Shown here one piece after another: positions 1-8,819 of a stretch of 64,000 nt of DNA. The stretch is from Anaerolineae bacterium. GTDB lineage: Bacteria > Chloroflexota > Anaerolineae > UBA1429. The translations under genes and the position numbers were made by a program. Location: the NCBI GenBank assembly GCA_963675785.1, contig OY776562.1, positions 992,001-1,056,000 on the forward strand. The letters run 5' to 3'. Numbering within the stretch: position 1 is the stretch's first letter; each line of letters starts with the position of its first letter. The notes under the pieces are model-generated. The model did no database searches, was not told the DNA's origin, and saw nothing but the letters and a program-made list of their open reading frames with translations.

Positions 1-1378
1 TGGCGACGCGCATATTATGCAAGTTCTCTGGATCTGTTCCTTCTCGTGTCCCCGGTTCGTTGGCTACCATGACCTCTCTGTAAAATCCCAAAATGTGGCA
101 CGCCGTCGTAGCAAAAGTGTCTTCGGGCGATAGACCAAGGCTACGAAGATTCGCATCACGCAATATCTTCCAGTGCAGATCAAGATTGGTAACCTCACTC
201 CAGAGATCAGACTTTTTCCTTGCTTTTCGCACAGCTTCGATTGCCCCAGGGCCAGAGAGATAGATTTCCACCGGGCGAGAGTCTCTGGTGTGACTTACCC
301 TTTCGATGGCTGGCATCTTGTCGCCCAGTTTAGCGATTGGCAGGGCAATGCGCAGCAGCGAAGCAATGAGCAGAGACTCGAGCCGATTTTGGTCAGAGAG
401 TTTTTTAGGCAGGGCTTTTGAAACATGGCCGTGATCAATACGCCTGCCAGTCAGCATCATGATACTGGCAAGCATGGTTTGATCAGTCTCTGAAAGAATT
501 GCAAAACGCCTCTGGCTTGCCAATCGATAGGCGGGTTTCCAGGGGCGTTTATAATCTATGCATTCACCTGCGCAATAGAGCAATGCGGCAGCGTTGGCCA
601 ACGATCGATGCCAGGGGGGGAGAGCATGTAGTGGTTGCAACCCATTGTAGAGCTGTTGCATGAGACTGGTTATGCTTACCTCTAGGAGTTCGGCGACGCC
701 TACTTGCCTTGCAGTCTCTTCAATTGAGATTCTTGCAGGTCCGTCGGGCCCTTCCAACAGCTCGATAGCGGCCAACAAATCCAGCCCGTGCCTGAGCTTT
801 GATGCGGGATGTGGCTTGACAGCATATTGTTGAACGAGAAGCTCTTCTATCGAATCGAGATCGTCTGGATTGCCATCAGGGAGCAGCTCACATTCGATAA
901 AATGGGCCTTGTTGCGCAGGCGGCGTCCCCGGGTGATGACCGTATCAAAGGACATTTCAGCAACACGACGGATGCCGTCTAAAACGAGGGCATAATGCCT
1001 CTTTTGTCTTGTATCGAGCAGGGGAACGAGTTCCTGTTTGTGGATTAGGGATTCTACTATGGCGGCAACATCCGGGTTGCCCCAATCTTGTGGCGCAATC
1101 GCTTTTGCGGGAACAGCGAATTCCCATTCCTCACGCGCACTGAATTTACTAGAGGCATCAGATGGGCTTTTAACGGTGACGAATCTTTTGTCGGCTATTT
1201 GACGAATTCGACAGGACCAACCTGCGCGGGTCAGATCACGATCAAGCGTATCGAGATACGTGTCATGCAGGCATTTGGTGGGCCGTGTGATCAGATGATA
1301 GCGGCCGATATTGGTGAGACTTTGAATGGAGCGAAATCTACCTACATCCGGAACAAGATAGCGGGACTCTATCTCCAT
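1..1378 (-). CDS. CYTH + central helical + CHAD domain protein, 3' end outside the window
   Basis: Not in the ORF track because it has no stop in the window. Read by hand: GGAGG RBS, then ATG at 1378 (alternative 1381), frame open to position 2. N-terminus MEIESRYL...DTYLDT..RDL...GWSCRIR...TVKG...REEWE is CYTH-like. The window-edge end EGTDPENLHNMRVA is the start of a CHAD domain. Confidence 0.85.
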   Translation of the reverse strand, partial: MEIESRYLVPDVGRFRSIQSLTNIGRYHLITRPTKCLHDTYLDTLDRDLTRAGWSCRIRQIADKRFVTVKSPSDASSKFSAREEWEFAVPAKAIAPQDWGNPDVAAIVESLIHKQELVPLLDTRQKRHYALVLDGIRRVAEMSFDTVITRGRRLRNKAHFIECELLPDGNPDDLDSIEELLVQQYAVKPHPASKLRHGLDLLAAIELLEGPDGPARISIEETARQVGVAELLEVSITSLMQQLYNGLQPLHALPPWHRSLANAAALLYCAGECIDYKRPWKPAYRLASQRRFAILSETDQTMLASIMMLTGRRIDHGHVSKALPKKLSDQNRLESLLIASLLRIALPIAKLGDKMPAIERVSHTRDSRPVEIYLSGPGAIEAVRKARKKSDLWSEVTNLDLHWKILRDANLRSLGLSPEDTFATTACHILGFYREVMVANEPGTREGTDPENLHNMRVA

Positions 1379-1438
1379 CATTTCCTCCCACACGATACGC
1401 TTATTTCATTATACCGCACAATTCGGCCTGCTCAACAC

Positions 1439-1472
1439 AAAAAAGGGCCAGCCTCGATCGAGGCTGGCCCTT
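1439..1472 (-). terminator. intrinsic terminator
   Basis: Perfect stem AAGGGCCAGCCTC/GAGGCTGGCCCTT with an A-tract on the left (U-tract on minus), just after the stop at 1483. Confidence 0.8.
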
Positions 1473-1482
1473 GCCAAGAGAT

Positions 1483-2649
1483 TTAGTTTGTTAGTGTAAA
1501 AGAGCCTGAGGCGAGATCAGCACGGATGATGATCTGCTGCTCGGCCGAATCAAAGTTTGCCGATTCCCAGGTTCCTTCTTCCTCATCATCCCCATACACA
1601 GTTCGCGTAAGGCCGCTTGGTAATTGAACACTGCCCGATCCCCGATTCTCAACGATGAGCCGAATACCGGGGTTGCCTTCGAGCACGATCTTGGTTGAGC
1701 CAGAGCCGCCGTCTAGCATAATGTCTGCTGAGGTGTTTTCTGCGAGCTTGATGTATCCGGAACCCGAGGCAGTATCCAGGTTGAGGTTCAGCGTGGTGGG
1801 CGCATCTACCGTCAGGTTATAGCTGCCAGAGCCTCCCTCCAGAATCATCTGATGATCGCCACCATTTGGCAAACTGATGCGCAACGAGCCAGATCCTCCG
1901 TTGATGTAACTTGTCAGGGTGTCCCCAAAATCAGCAGGTAATACAAGATTTGTCGGCCCCGAACCGCCCTCATATCCGAATGAGGTCAACTGCAATTCAC
2001 TGAGATTGGCCGCCACAGACCCCGAGCCGCCGTCGAGGGTCAATTCCATGGGCAAGTCGGGCGAGATTGCGAATTGCCACTTGGCATCCTGATTGAAAAT
2101 CTGGGCAAAGGAGAATACTTGTTGATGCTGAAGTATGACTTCTGCTACGCTGCCTGTTCGAGATGCCTTCCAGTTCAGCGTGCCCGAATAGTCCAGAGAA
2201 GCTGTTATCAGGTCCTCAGAATCCTGCAGCGTGTTGATTTCTACTGGCCAGGATGAAAGGCTCAGATCAATACGAGCTGATTCGGCACCATCTTTAGGTG
2301 CTGAGAGATCTTGGTGCTTGAGTTCTGAGGAAAGATTCAAGGTATTGCCTCCTAGAACCCCGCTTGTTTGTAGGTCTGGGCTTATTATGAGAATTCCCAC
2401 GACAATGGCCATAGCCAAGAAACCCAAAACAAGCCCGACGAAAGGTCTTCCCCTGCCCAGCAACAAGTCCAGGCCTATGAAGATAAGGACGAGAGGCCAA
2501 AAGGCAGTCAGTGTCTCAGCGGCCGAGATCGTTACGATGCCTGCGGCAATGAGCAACCATAGGACACCAACACCAATAAGAATGATAGGCCAGAACAAAG
2601 AGTGCCCGTGGCGGTGATGTTTTTCTGGTAATTCTTGAAAGTCGTCCAT
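1483..2649 (-). CDS. LiaF-like membrane protein with C-terminal beta-solenoid (toast-rack/DUF4097-like) repeats
   Basis: N-terminal TM block (SLFWPIILIGVGVLWLL...FWPLVLIFIGLDLL), then repeated GGSGS motifs. Start moved to MDDFQ, which abuts the upstream stop. Confidence 0.7.
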   Translation of the reverse strand: MDDFQELPEKHHRHGHSLFWPIILIGVGVLWLLIAAGIVTISAAETLTAFWPLVLIFIGLDLLLGRGRPFVGLVLGFLAMAIVVGILIISPDLQTSGVLGGNTLNLSSELKHQDLSAPKDGAESARIDLSLSSWPVEINTLQDSEDLITASLDYSGTLNWKASRTGSVAEVILQHQQVFSFAQIFNQDAKWQFAISPDLPMELTLDGGSGSVAANLSELQLTSFGYEGGSGPTNLVLPADFGDTLTSYINGGSGSLRISLPNGGDHQMILEGGSGSYNLTVDAPTTLNLNLDTASGSGYIKLAENTSADIMLDGGSGSTKIVLEGNPGIRLIVENRGSGSVQLPSGLTRTVYGDDEEEGTWESANFDSAEQQIIIRADLASGSFTLTN

Positions 2650-2650
2650 A

Positions 2651-3235
2651 TCAGTCGTCCTTGCCGGGTGTTGGCGTGCCACTATCTTTGTTGTTTGTCT
2701 GTACGCCATAGCGTACCAGCAAATAAGCTCCAGCGCCGATCAAGGCGATCGCCCAGAGGAACTGATTGACAGCGACACCAAAAATATGCCAGCCCGATAC
2801 GCCGATGATCAATTCAAAAAAGGCGAATCCTGCGGCAAGAATCAACAATCCTATCTTGACAAAATGGGTACCGGTTTCAAGCGCTTTGGGATGATTGCCC
2901 CAACTACCATGGATGACCATACCGAGGCCTACGCTGATGGGCCAAATGAATGCCCAGGCGTATGCCCAGGTAGCCCAGACGTTGAACAGGTTCTGTACGA
3001 ATATAAGCAATCCTGTCGTAGTGATGATGGCACCGGGAATGGCCAGACCGGAGACCTTTTTGCCACCAAAGAACATGCCTACAAAAAAGGCTAAACCGGG
3101 GACGATGATAAAGAGCGGCCACAGATAGTTTCCTACTCTGATATCAAAGATTTGCAGGATAACAGCCATTCCGCCGACTAAAACGAGCATTGCTCCCAAG
3201 GCAATGTTTGCCCAACGTTTGTTGTCTGTATTCAT
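2651..3235 (-). CDS. LiaI/LiaF-like (DUF5668-type) multi-pass membrane protein
   Basis: 194 aa, hydrophobic, LWPLFIIVPG and WAYAWAFIWP motifs, GGAGG RBS. Confidence 0.7.
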   Translation of the reverse strand: MNTDNKRWANIALGAMLVLVGGMAVILQIFDIRVGNYLWPLFIIVPGLAFFVGMFFGGKKVSGLAIPGAIITTTGLLIFVQNLFNVWATWAYAWAFIWPISVGLGMVIHGSWGNHPKALETGTHFVKIGLLILAAGFAFFELIIGVSGWHIFGVAVNQFLWAIALIGAGAYLLVRYGVQTNNKDSGTPTPGKDD

Positions 3236-3513
3236 AAGATTCTTTCCTCCACATGGTTGTACTCACTATACGAGAGGATTCGGATAGAGTTGCGAGTTTT
3301 TGCAGACAAGGTTGAAACGATCACTCAAGAGATAGCTCAAGAGGATTAGATATCGAATGGAATTAATCTTTTTATGCACTTTTAATCCAAGGTAACGTTT
3401 CGCTTGCGTGATCAGGCCTACTGCGTTAGGATGAATCTCGTTGGTGTCTGGGCCAGAGGGACTTGATCAATGCCTTGGCCTGAGTTTATGTTGATTTTCT
3501 ATTTCTTAAAGGA

Positions 3514-5769
3514 GTGACCTTGCAGACAAGGACGATTGTGGCGAATCGTGCCGCACGATGGTGGTTTACGCCGCTTGTTGGCATGGTACTCGTTGCTCTT
3601 ATAGGAATTTTTGTTGGTTTTGTTCACGATGATGTTTCTATCGGTCTCTCATCCGATGAACTCGTTACGGCTCTCTCTGGCGGCATTGCCTGTGCGGTAC
3701 TTTTGGGCATCAACTGCTATAGCACACGTGCAAGTGCTCAAATCAATTCAAGATCCGATTCTACATCAACCGTGGCACCCCTTGGAGTTCCGTCTTTGTT
3801 GCTGTTTGGCGAGCGACTGACTTTTGAGTTGTCCGAGGCGATTGCCAATGAGAGTGTGGGCACATTCTACGGTCGGGCTGCCGAGATACTTGTACAAGTG
3901 TTTGAGGCAGATGCTGTGGCCTTGTATCGCAAGGATGAGAACGGCACCATTTCCCTCGTCACATCCGTTCCAGAATCCAGTGGATTTGCGCCGATCGTTG
4001 AGAATTGGCCTGGGAATGATTCCGAATCGCTTGATCTTTCCGCTTTGGGCCTGGCCGATAAGGGTTTGTGGATTTTTTTCGCGGACCATTGGCTGGCTGT
4101 GACGAAATTGCCTTGCGATCGTGGATGCAACGATTCTTTAGCCTATGTGCAAGCTCAACTTGATGCAGCATTCCGTTTTGCAGAGCAAGCAGCTTATTCT
4201 ATCGAAACAACCTCTGAAACGATTTCTCGCTACGTACGACAGTTTTTTAGCTTGACAGAGAACCCCATGTGCCTTGTTGGCCCCGATGGATTCAGTATCA
4301 AGTTGAGCAATCAGGCCTTCCAGAACAAGTATGTCATTGAATCCCCAACAGAAACCGGGGATTCTCTGTTTTTGGATAATACGAGTTGCCGAGACCATTT
4401 AGAGCATTTCTATCACCTCGCCTTGGGCAAGGATGGGAGAGTAACCGAGCAGCTAGAGTTGTTGTGTTGTGATGGTGTGAGACGTGTTACTCAGATAGAA
4501 GCATTGCGTATTGTAGGTGCTCGCGGGCAGATCAATGGACATGTGATTATGTTCTTTCTAGATCTATCAGAGAGGCAGAGCCTGGAGACGCGACTTGCAC
4601 GGGCGGCTCGTATGGAAGGCATTGGTCAACTCGCCGGAGGCGTAGCCCACGACTTTAACAATATTTTGACGGTCATCAACGGCTCTGCTGAGTTTGCCTT
4701 GGAGAACCTCGACGCAGGTATGGATGTTACCAGTGACTTGGAAGAGATACTCAAGGCCGGGAGGCGTGCTGCTACGCTCACTCGCCAGCTGCTTGCGTTT
4801 AGCCGCAAGCAAGCTATGGTCATCGAGTCCTTGAACTTTAACGACCTTGTTCGCGAAATCTCCAACATGCTTCAGCGGCTCATTCAGGAAGACATCGAGT
4901 TGCGGATGCAGCTGGCGCCTGATATTGGCCTAGTGCATGCCGACACCGGGCAGATGCAGCAAGTCTTGATGAATCTGGTGGTTAATGCTCGCGATGCCAT
5001 TGGCTCTTCGGGCATCATTACCATTGAAACCGCTAATGTCGTGATCGACCAGGCTTTTTGTGAGGCACATGCTGGCGCTGAGGCAGGCCCTGCGGTGCGT
5101 TTGAGCGTTCGCGATACGGGCTGTGGCATGTCCAAAGAAGTATTGGAACATATGTTTGAACCCTTTTTTACCACCAAGGGGCCAGAAAAAGGCACAGGGT
5201 TGGGACTTGCTTCTGTTTTTGGCATTGTCAAGCAGCTTGGTGGAAACATTTATGCCTCTAGTGTCGAAGGGGTGGGCACCTGTTTTGATGTCTATCTGCC
5301 ACGCGTTGTGCAGAATATTGGACCAAGCGTCGAGGGCATACAGGCAGAGCTTTTAGATGACCTGCGGGGCGCCAGGATCATCGTGGTGGAGGATCAACAG
5401 CAGGTCCGGGACTTGACTGTCCACATGTTGCGTTCCCTTGGCTATATCGCCATAGGCGCGGAGAGTGGTAATGCGGCTCTTGCCTTTCTTACTGCACCCA
5501 GCCGGGCGGGTACTATCGATTCTCCACATTGCCCTGTTGATCTGCTTATCACGGATGTGGTTATGCCAGGGATGGGCGGCGTAGAGCTCGTCGAGCAGGT
5601 ACAACAGATGTTTCCTTCTGTTGCTGTGATGTTCATGTCTGGCCATAGCAAAGAACTCGTCACACGCGAGATGGGTGAATCTTCCGATGTCGTCCTTTTG
5701 CGCAAACCCTTTACGTTGAACGATCTTCGCAAGTGCGTCCAGGTGTGCCTCAGAGCCAGAAAGAACTAA
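3514..5769 (+). CDS. hybrid sensor histidine kinase/response regulator (TM-GAF-PAS-HisKA-HATPase-REC)
   Basis: GGVAHDFNNIL H-box, NLVVNARDA N-box, FEPFFTTK..GTGLGL, receiver LITDVVMPG...KPF. Confidence 0.93.
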   Translation: MTLQTRTIVANRAARWWFTPLVGMVLVALIGIFVGFVHDDVSIGLSSDELVTALSGGIACAVLLGINCYSTRASAQINSRSDSTSTVAPLGVPSLLLFGERLTFELSEAIANESVGTFYGRAAEILVQVFEADAVALYRKDENGTISLVTSVPESSGFAPIVENWPGNDSESLDLSALGLADKGLWIFFADHWLAVTKLPCDRGCNDSLAYVQAQLDAAFRFAEQAAYSIETTSETISRYVRQFFSLTENPMCLVGPDGFSIKLSNQAFQNKYVIESPTETGDSLFLDNTSCRDHLEHFYHLALGKDGRVTEQLELLCCDGVRRVTQIEALRIVGARGQINGHVIMFFLDLSERQSLETRLARAARMEGIGQLAGGVAHDFNNILTVINGSAEFALENLDAGMDVTSDLEEILKAGRRAATLTRQLLAFSRKQAMVIESLNFNDLVREISNMLQRLIQEDIELRMQLAPDIGLVHADTGQMQQVLMNLVVNARDAIGSSGIITIETANVVIDQAFCEAHAGAEAGPAVRLSVRDTGCGMSKEVLEHMFEPFFTTKGPEKGTGLGLASVFGIVKQLGGNIYASSVEGVGTCFDVYLPRVVQNIGPSVEGIQAELLDDLRGARIIVVEDQQQVRDLTVHMLRSLGYIAIGAESGNAALAFLTAPSRAGTIDSPHCPVDLLITDVVMPGMGGVELVEQVQQMFPSVAVMFMSGHSKELVTREMGESSDVVLLRKPFTLNDLRKCVQVCLRARKN

Positions 5770-5845
5770 GGGCCAAGGCAAGCCAATTGCAGATGTTCTC
5801 ATACCTTTTTTCTTACAGAATCTTGAAAAGAGGCCCGGAATTTGC

Positions 5846-5874
5846 TTGACATAGATAGGGCCTTATGCTAACAT
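5846..5874 (+). promoter_or_regulatory. sigma70-type promoter for the candidate ncRNA
   Basis: TTGACA (5846-5851), 17-nt spacer ending in TGc, TAACAT (5869-5874); predicted +1 near G5881. Confidence 0.65.
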
Positions 5875-5880
5875 AATGTT

Positions 5881-6096
5881 GCAGGGTCCAGAGAGATTGA
5901 TGGAACTCGGACAACGACCTAGGGATCAATGAAGCGGAAGCGGGGACAGGTAAAACTGGAACCGTGAGCCAGAGGTAAATCCAGCGCAAACTGGTGGGAA
6001 ACTGGCAGGCGAAACCCGAATTCAAGGAATAAGGAATCGCAACCGTAGAAGGAATTTTAGGTGAGTGACGAGATAACAGGTCACTTTGGATCCTGC
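5881..6096 (+). ncRNA. candidate structured ncRNA (~216 nt), family unassigned
   Basis: No credible ORF. 5' GCAGGGTCCAGAG pairs with 3' CTTTGGATCCTGC (13 bp, 2 G-U). Internal hairpins with GNRA-like loops. Promoter directly upstream, hairpin downstream. Confidence 0.7.
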
Positions 6097-6106
6097 CCTT
6101 TTGTGC

Positions 6107-6139
6107 AAAAAAACGGGGCCGACGAAAGTCGGCCCCGTT
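6107..6139. terminator. intrinsic terminator between the convergent ncRNA and epimerase gene
   Basis: AACGGGGCCGAC-GAAA-GTCGGCCCCGTT with an A-tract on the left (strongest for the minus strand). Confidence 0.8.
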
Positions 6140-6149
6140 GTCGTTTACG

Positions 6150-7169
6150 CTATATTTTGTTGGTCAAATCGTGAATCGCAGTTTTTCGATCGCTGATGAA
6201 GCGTTCTGCCAGCAGGTCCATGCGTTGAGCAAGGGCTTTGTCTATGGCGCAGTGTTTGGATTGAGCATCATGCCAGGCAACGGATTGGCGGATGCCCTCT
6301 GCAAAGGGAATCCGCGACTCGAAATCAGGAACCAAACTGTGCAGTTTGCTCATGTCAAAGATAAGGCTGTAGGACTTTTCACCCAGGATACGCTCACCCC
6401 AGTCGGGGTAGATGGCATCAATGTAATCCGAGGGGATATGCAGTAGCTCAATACCACAGCCAGCGGCCTCAGCCAGAGTGGTGTAGACTTGATCCCAAGT
6501 GAGATACTCGTTTGACATAATGTGCACGGCTTCACCTATAGCATGTGCATTGCCTGCAAGCCCCATAAAGGCCGCCGCAAAGTCACTGTTGTGGGTTAGG
6601 GTTATCAATCCCAAACCATCGCCATGAGAAATGACCGGTTTACCCTCGCGGATGCGGTGCAGCACAGCACAGTTATGCCCACCGACGGCGGCCGGAATCC
6701 AAGTCTCGCCATAGGTATAGCCGGGGCGCACAACGGTGGTAGGTAAGCCGGCCTGAGTGTAGGTAGCCAGGCGCGCCTCGCAATCGGCTTTGTCCTGGGC
6801 GTAGGGCCAGACAGGGTTGCGCAGCGGTCTATCCTCGGTGACAAAAGGTGTGCTCCCCGGTCTTTCATAGGCAGCGACACTGCTGATAAAGATGTACTGA
6901 CTGGTGTGGCTCATAAAGGCGCTGGCCGCCATGTCGACGTCATTGGGTTTGTAAGCGCAAAAATCAGCCACCAAGTCATAGTTGTTATTGGCGGCGGAGG
7001 CGAGATCTGCGGCGCTAAAACGGTCCCCCAGGATTTCGTGGATGCGTGGATCGGGCGCTGTTTGCGATTTGCCGCGATGAAACACCGTGACATGGTGTCC
7101 AAGGTCGAGGGCACGGGCTACGCAGGCTGTGCTGATGTTGCCGGTGCCGCCAATGAACAAGATTCTCAC
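6150..7169 (-). CDS. NAD-dependent epimerase/dehydratase (extended SDR)
   Basis: ILFIGGTGNIS Rossmann motif, FISS, YAQDK (YxxxK). Confidence 0.9.
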   Translation of the reverse strand: MRILFIGGTGNISTACVARALDLGHHVTVFHRGKSQTAPDPRIHEILGDRFSAADLASAANNNYDLVADFCAYKPNDVDMAASAFMSHTSQYIFISSVAAYERPGSTPFVTEDRPLRNPVWPYAQDKADCEARLATYTQAGLPTTVVRPGYTYGETWIPAAVGGHNCAVLHRIREGKPVISHGDGLGLITLTHNSDFAAAFMGLAGNAHAIGEAVHIMSNEYLTWDQVYTTLAEAAGCGIELLHIPSDYIDAIYPDWGERILGEKSYSLIFDMSKLHSLVPDFESRIPFAEGIRQSVAWHDAQSKHCAIDKALAQRMDLLAERFISDRKTAIHDLTNKI

Positions 7170-7175
7170 GTTACT

Positions 7176-7565
7176 CTACCTCTCTGCCTTTTCGATGAGT
7201 TGAATGCGCATGCGCTCGGGGCCTTCTACAAAGATGGCGCGCGTCCCGGCAAATTCTTCGGATTCTCCCCAAAAGATGCAGCCCTTGGCGGTCAATGTCT
7301 CGATTTCGGCTGCCAGGTCGTCCACATACAAGGCCAGGCTGTCGACGCCGTAGCGGGGCTGAATACAAGCGGGAAGGGCAAGTTCTCCATCCCAGGAACC
7401 GCAAACTGTTAGTGGCACCCCACCGAGTTCGAGCTCGATGGCCGGGGCGTTGCCCAAAATTGCTTCACCCAGGCGTTGTGCACCTAGAATGTAGACGAAC
7501 CACTCTGCGGTATCTCGTGGATCTTCTGATTTGACATAAATAGTGGCAAACATAGAACGACTCAT
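7176..7565 (-). CDS. VOC/glyoxalase-family protein
   Basis: 129 aa; LALYVDDL and AIFVEGPERMRIQLIE resemble the VOC betaalphabetabetabeta motif. Confidence 0.75.
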   Translation of the reverse strand: MSRSMFATIYVKSEDPRDTAEWFVYILGAQRLGEAILGNAPAIELELGGVPLTVCGSWDGELALPACIQPRYGVDSLALYVDDLAAEIETLTAKGCIFWGESEEFAGTRAIFVEGPERMRIQLIEKAER

Positions 7566-7635
7566 TGTTTATCTCCCAACGTTTCTCCTAGTGGGATGAT
7601 ACACTTGATGCGAGAGAGCGTCTACTGCGCTTTGT

Positions 7636-8667
7636 TTACCAGACTGGTACGTAGGTCGCATCACACGGGCGCCCGTCGGCCACTCGGAAACGGCGTTTAG
7701 CCGGTTCGGCGATGATCGACATCCTCGTCTTGGAAGTATCTCCCTCGTCGATGGGGCGGCATAGCCCCCCTTTGGGGCCGTAGGAAGAGAGCAGGGCCTG
7801 CATCTGCGCTATGGTATGGGGCACGTGTTCTTGAAAGAGCTTATGCTGCAAATAAGCGTAACGGAGCTCCGAGTATTCTTTGCCTTGAGGGGTGCGCAGG
7901 TCGGCATTCAGCAGGGCAGGCAGCTTGTAGGTATTGGCACAAAAAACGGCATCCTCGCCATTTTGAGGGCGCCGTACTTGTACCAGAGGGCAGGCGCATT
8001 CCAGCACTGCACCCTCGCCGCTGGCGTCTAGCACCACAAAGTTGTAGCCTTTGCCCACCCAGGCGTGTTTACGCATAAAAGTGATGGCTTCAGGCGTCGT
8101 TTGGCAAGAACAGAGCATGGCATACAGGCCCGCCTCGATGGGCGGATTCTGCAAGGTTTGCTCAAATACACTGCCTACCGAACTGCCGCCAAAGGTGAGG
8201 CCGCTGCCGTTCATGCAAGTGTCACGCGCAGTGAGTTCTCCTACCACCACCGCATGAACGATACGCAGGCCGTCCTCATAGGTCACATCGCGAATGGCGC
8301 ATTGGCGGTCCGGATTGGGTTCGAGGTCTAGATTTTTACCAAAGAGGGGAGCCTCAGGATCCAAAAAGGCGATGTTGGTGCAGCAGGGTCGATAGAGCGT
8401 ACCAACGGAGAGAAAGAGACGATGGTTGAGCAGTACGTCATCTAGGCTCAGGTTGGCTCCTTGGGCCATGCCAGCCATCTCTTGCAGGACGCGAGGAAAG
8501 AGCTCGGCGATGCTGCTCTGCATCAGATGGATATCGCTAAACCAGCGCTCGTCACGGCTGGCTGTTTCTCGGGCCAGAGCGCTCAGTCGCTGAAATTCGT
8601 CTCGACAGGCTTCGCCGTACTGATGGCCTACTTCTTGGGGCGTTCCCTTGAGCTGTAAAATAAGCAT
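7636..8667 (-). CDS. C45-family Ntn-hydrolase (acyl-CoA:6-APA acyltransferase-like)
   Basis: LKGTPQEVGHQYG N-terminus, CCTNIAF nucleophile region, GKNLD, MNGSGL, CANTY. Confidence 0.8.
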   Translation of the reverse strand: MLILQLKGTPQEVGHQYGEACRDEFQRLSALARETASRDERWFSDIHLMQSSIAELFPRVLQEMAGMAQGANLSLDDVLLNHRLFLSVGTLYRPCCTNIAFLDPEAPLFGKNLDLEPNPDRQCAIRDVTYEDGLRIVHAVVVGELTARDTCMNGSGLTFGGSSVGSVFEQTLQNPPIEAGLYAMLCSCQTTPEAITFMRKHAWVGKGYNFVVLDASGEGAVLECACPLVQVRRPQNGEDAVFCANTYKLPALLNADLRTPQGKEYSELRYAYLQHKLFQEHVPHTIAQMQALLSSYGPKGGLCRPIDEGDTSKTRMSIIAEPAKRRFRVADGRPCDATYVPVW

Positions 8668-8819
8668 GAGTGTCTCCAAATGGTGTATATGATCGCTGGC
8701 GGCATTATAGCGGCTATGCCTTCCCTCGCAAGGCGGTGTGTGCCAAATACAAACACTTGCGTATGTCGCTGTTTGCCATAGAATGACCCTAATAACCGGG
8801 GATGATTATGGAGTTGCTG

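Noticed and set aside
173-1486. + strand ORFs 173..421 and 1088..1486 in the ORF track
   Set aside because: Antisense shadows of the CYTH-CHAD gene; no recognisable motifs.
5881-6096. Assigning the ncRNA as RNase P, tmRNA, SRP, 6S or a riboswitch
   Set aside because: Their signature sequences or shapes are absent, and no co-oriented gene lies downstream for a riboswitch to control.
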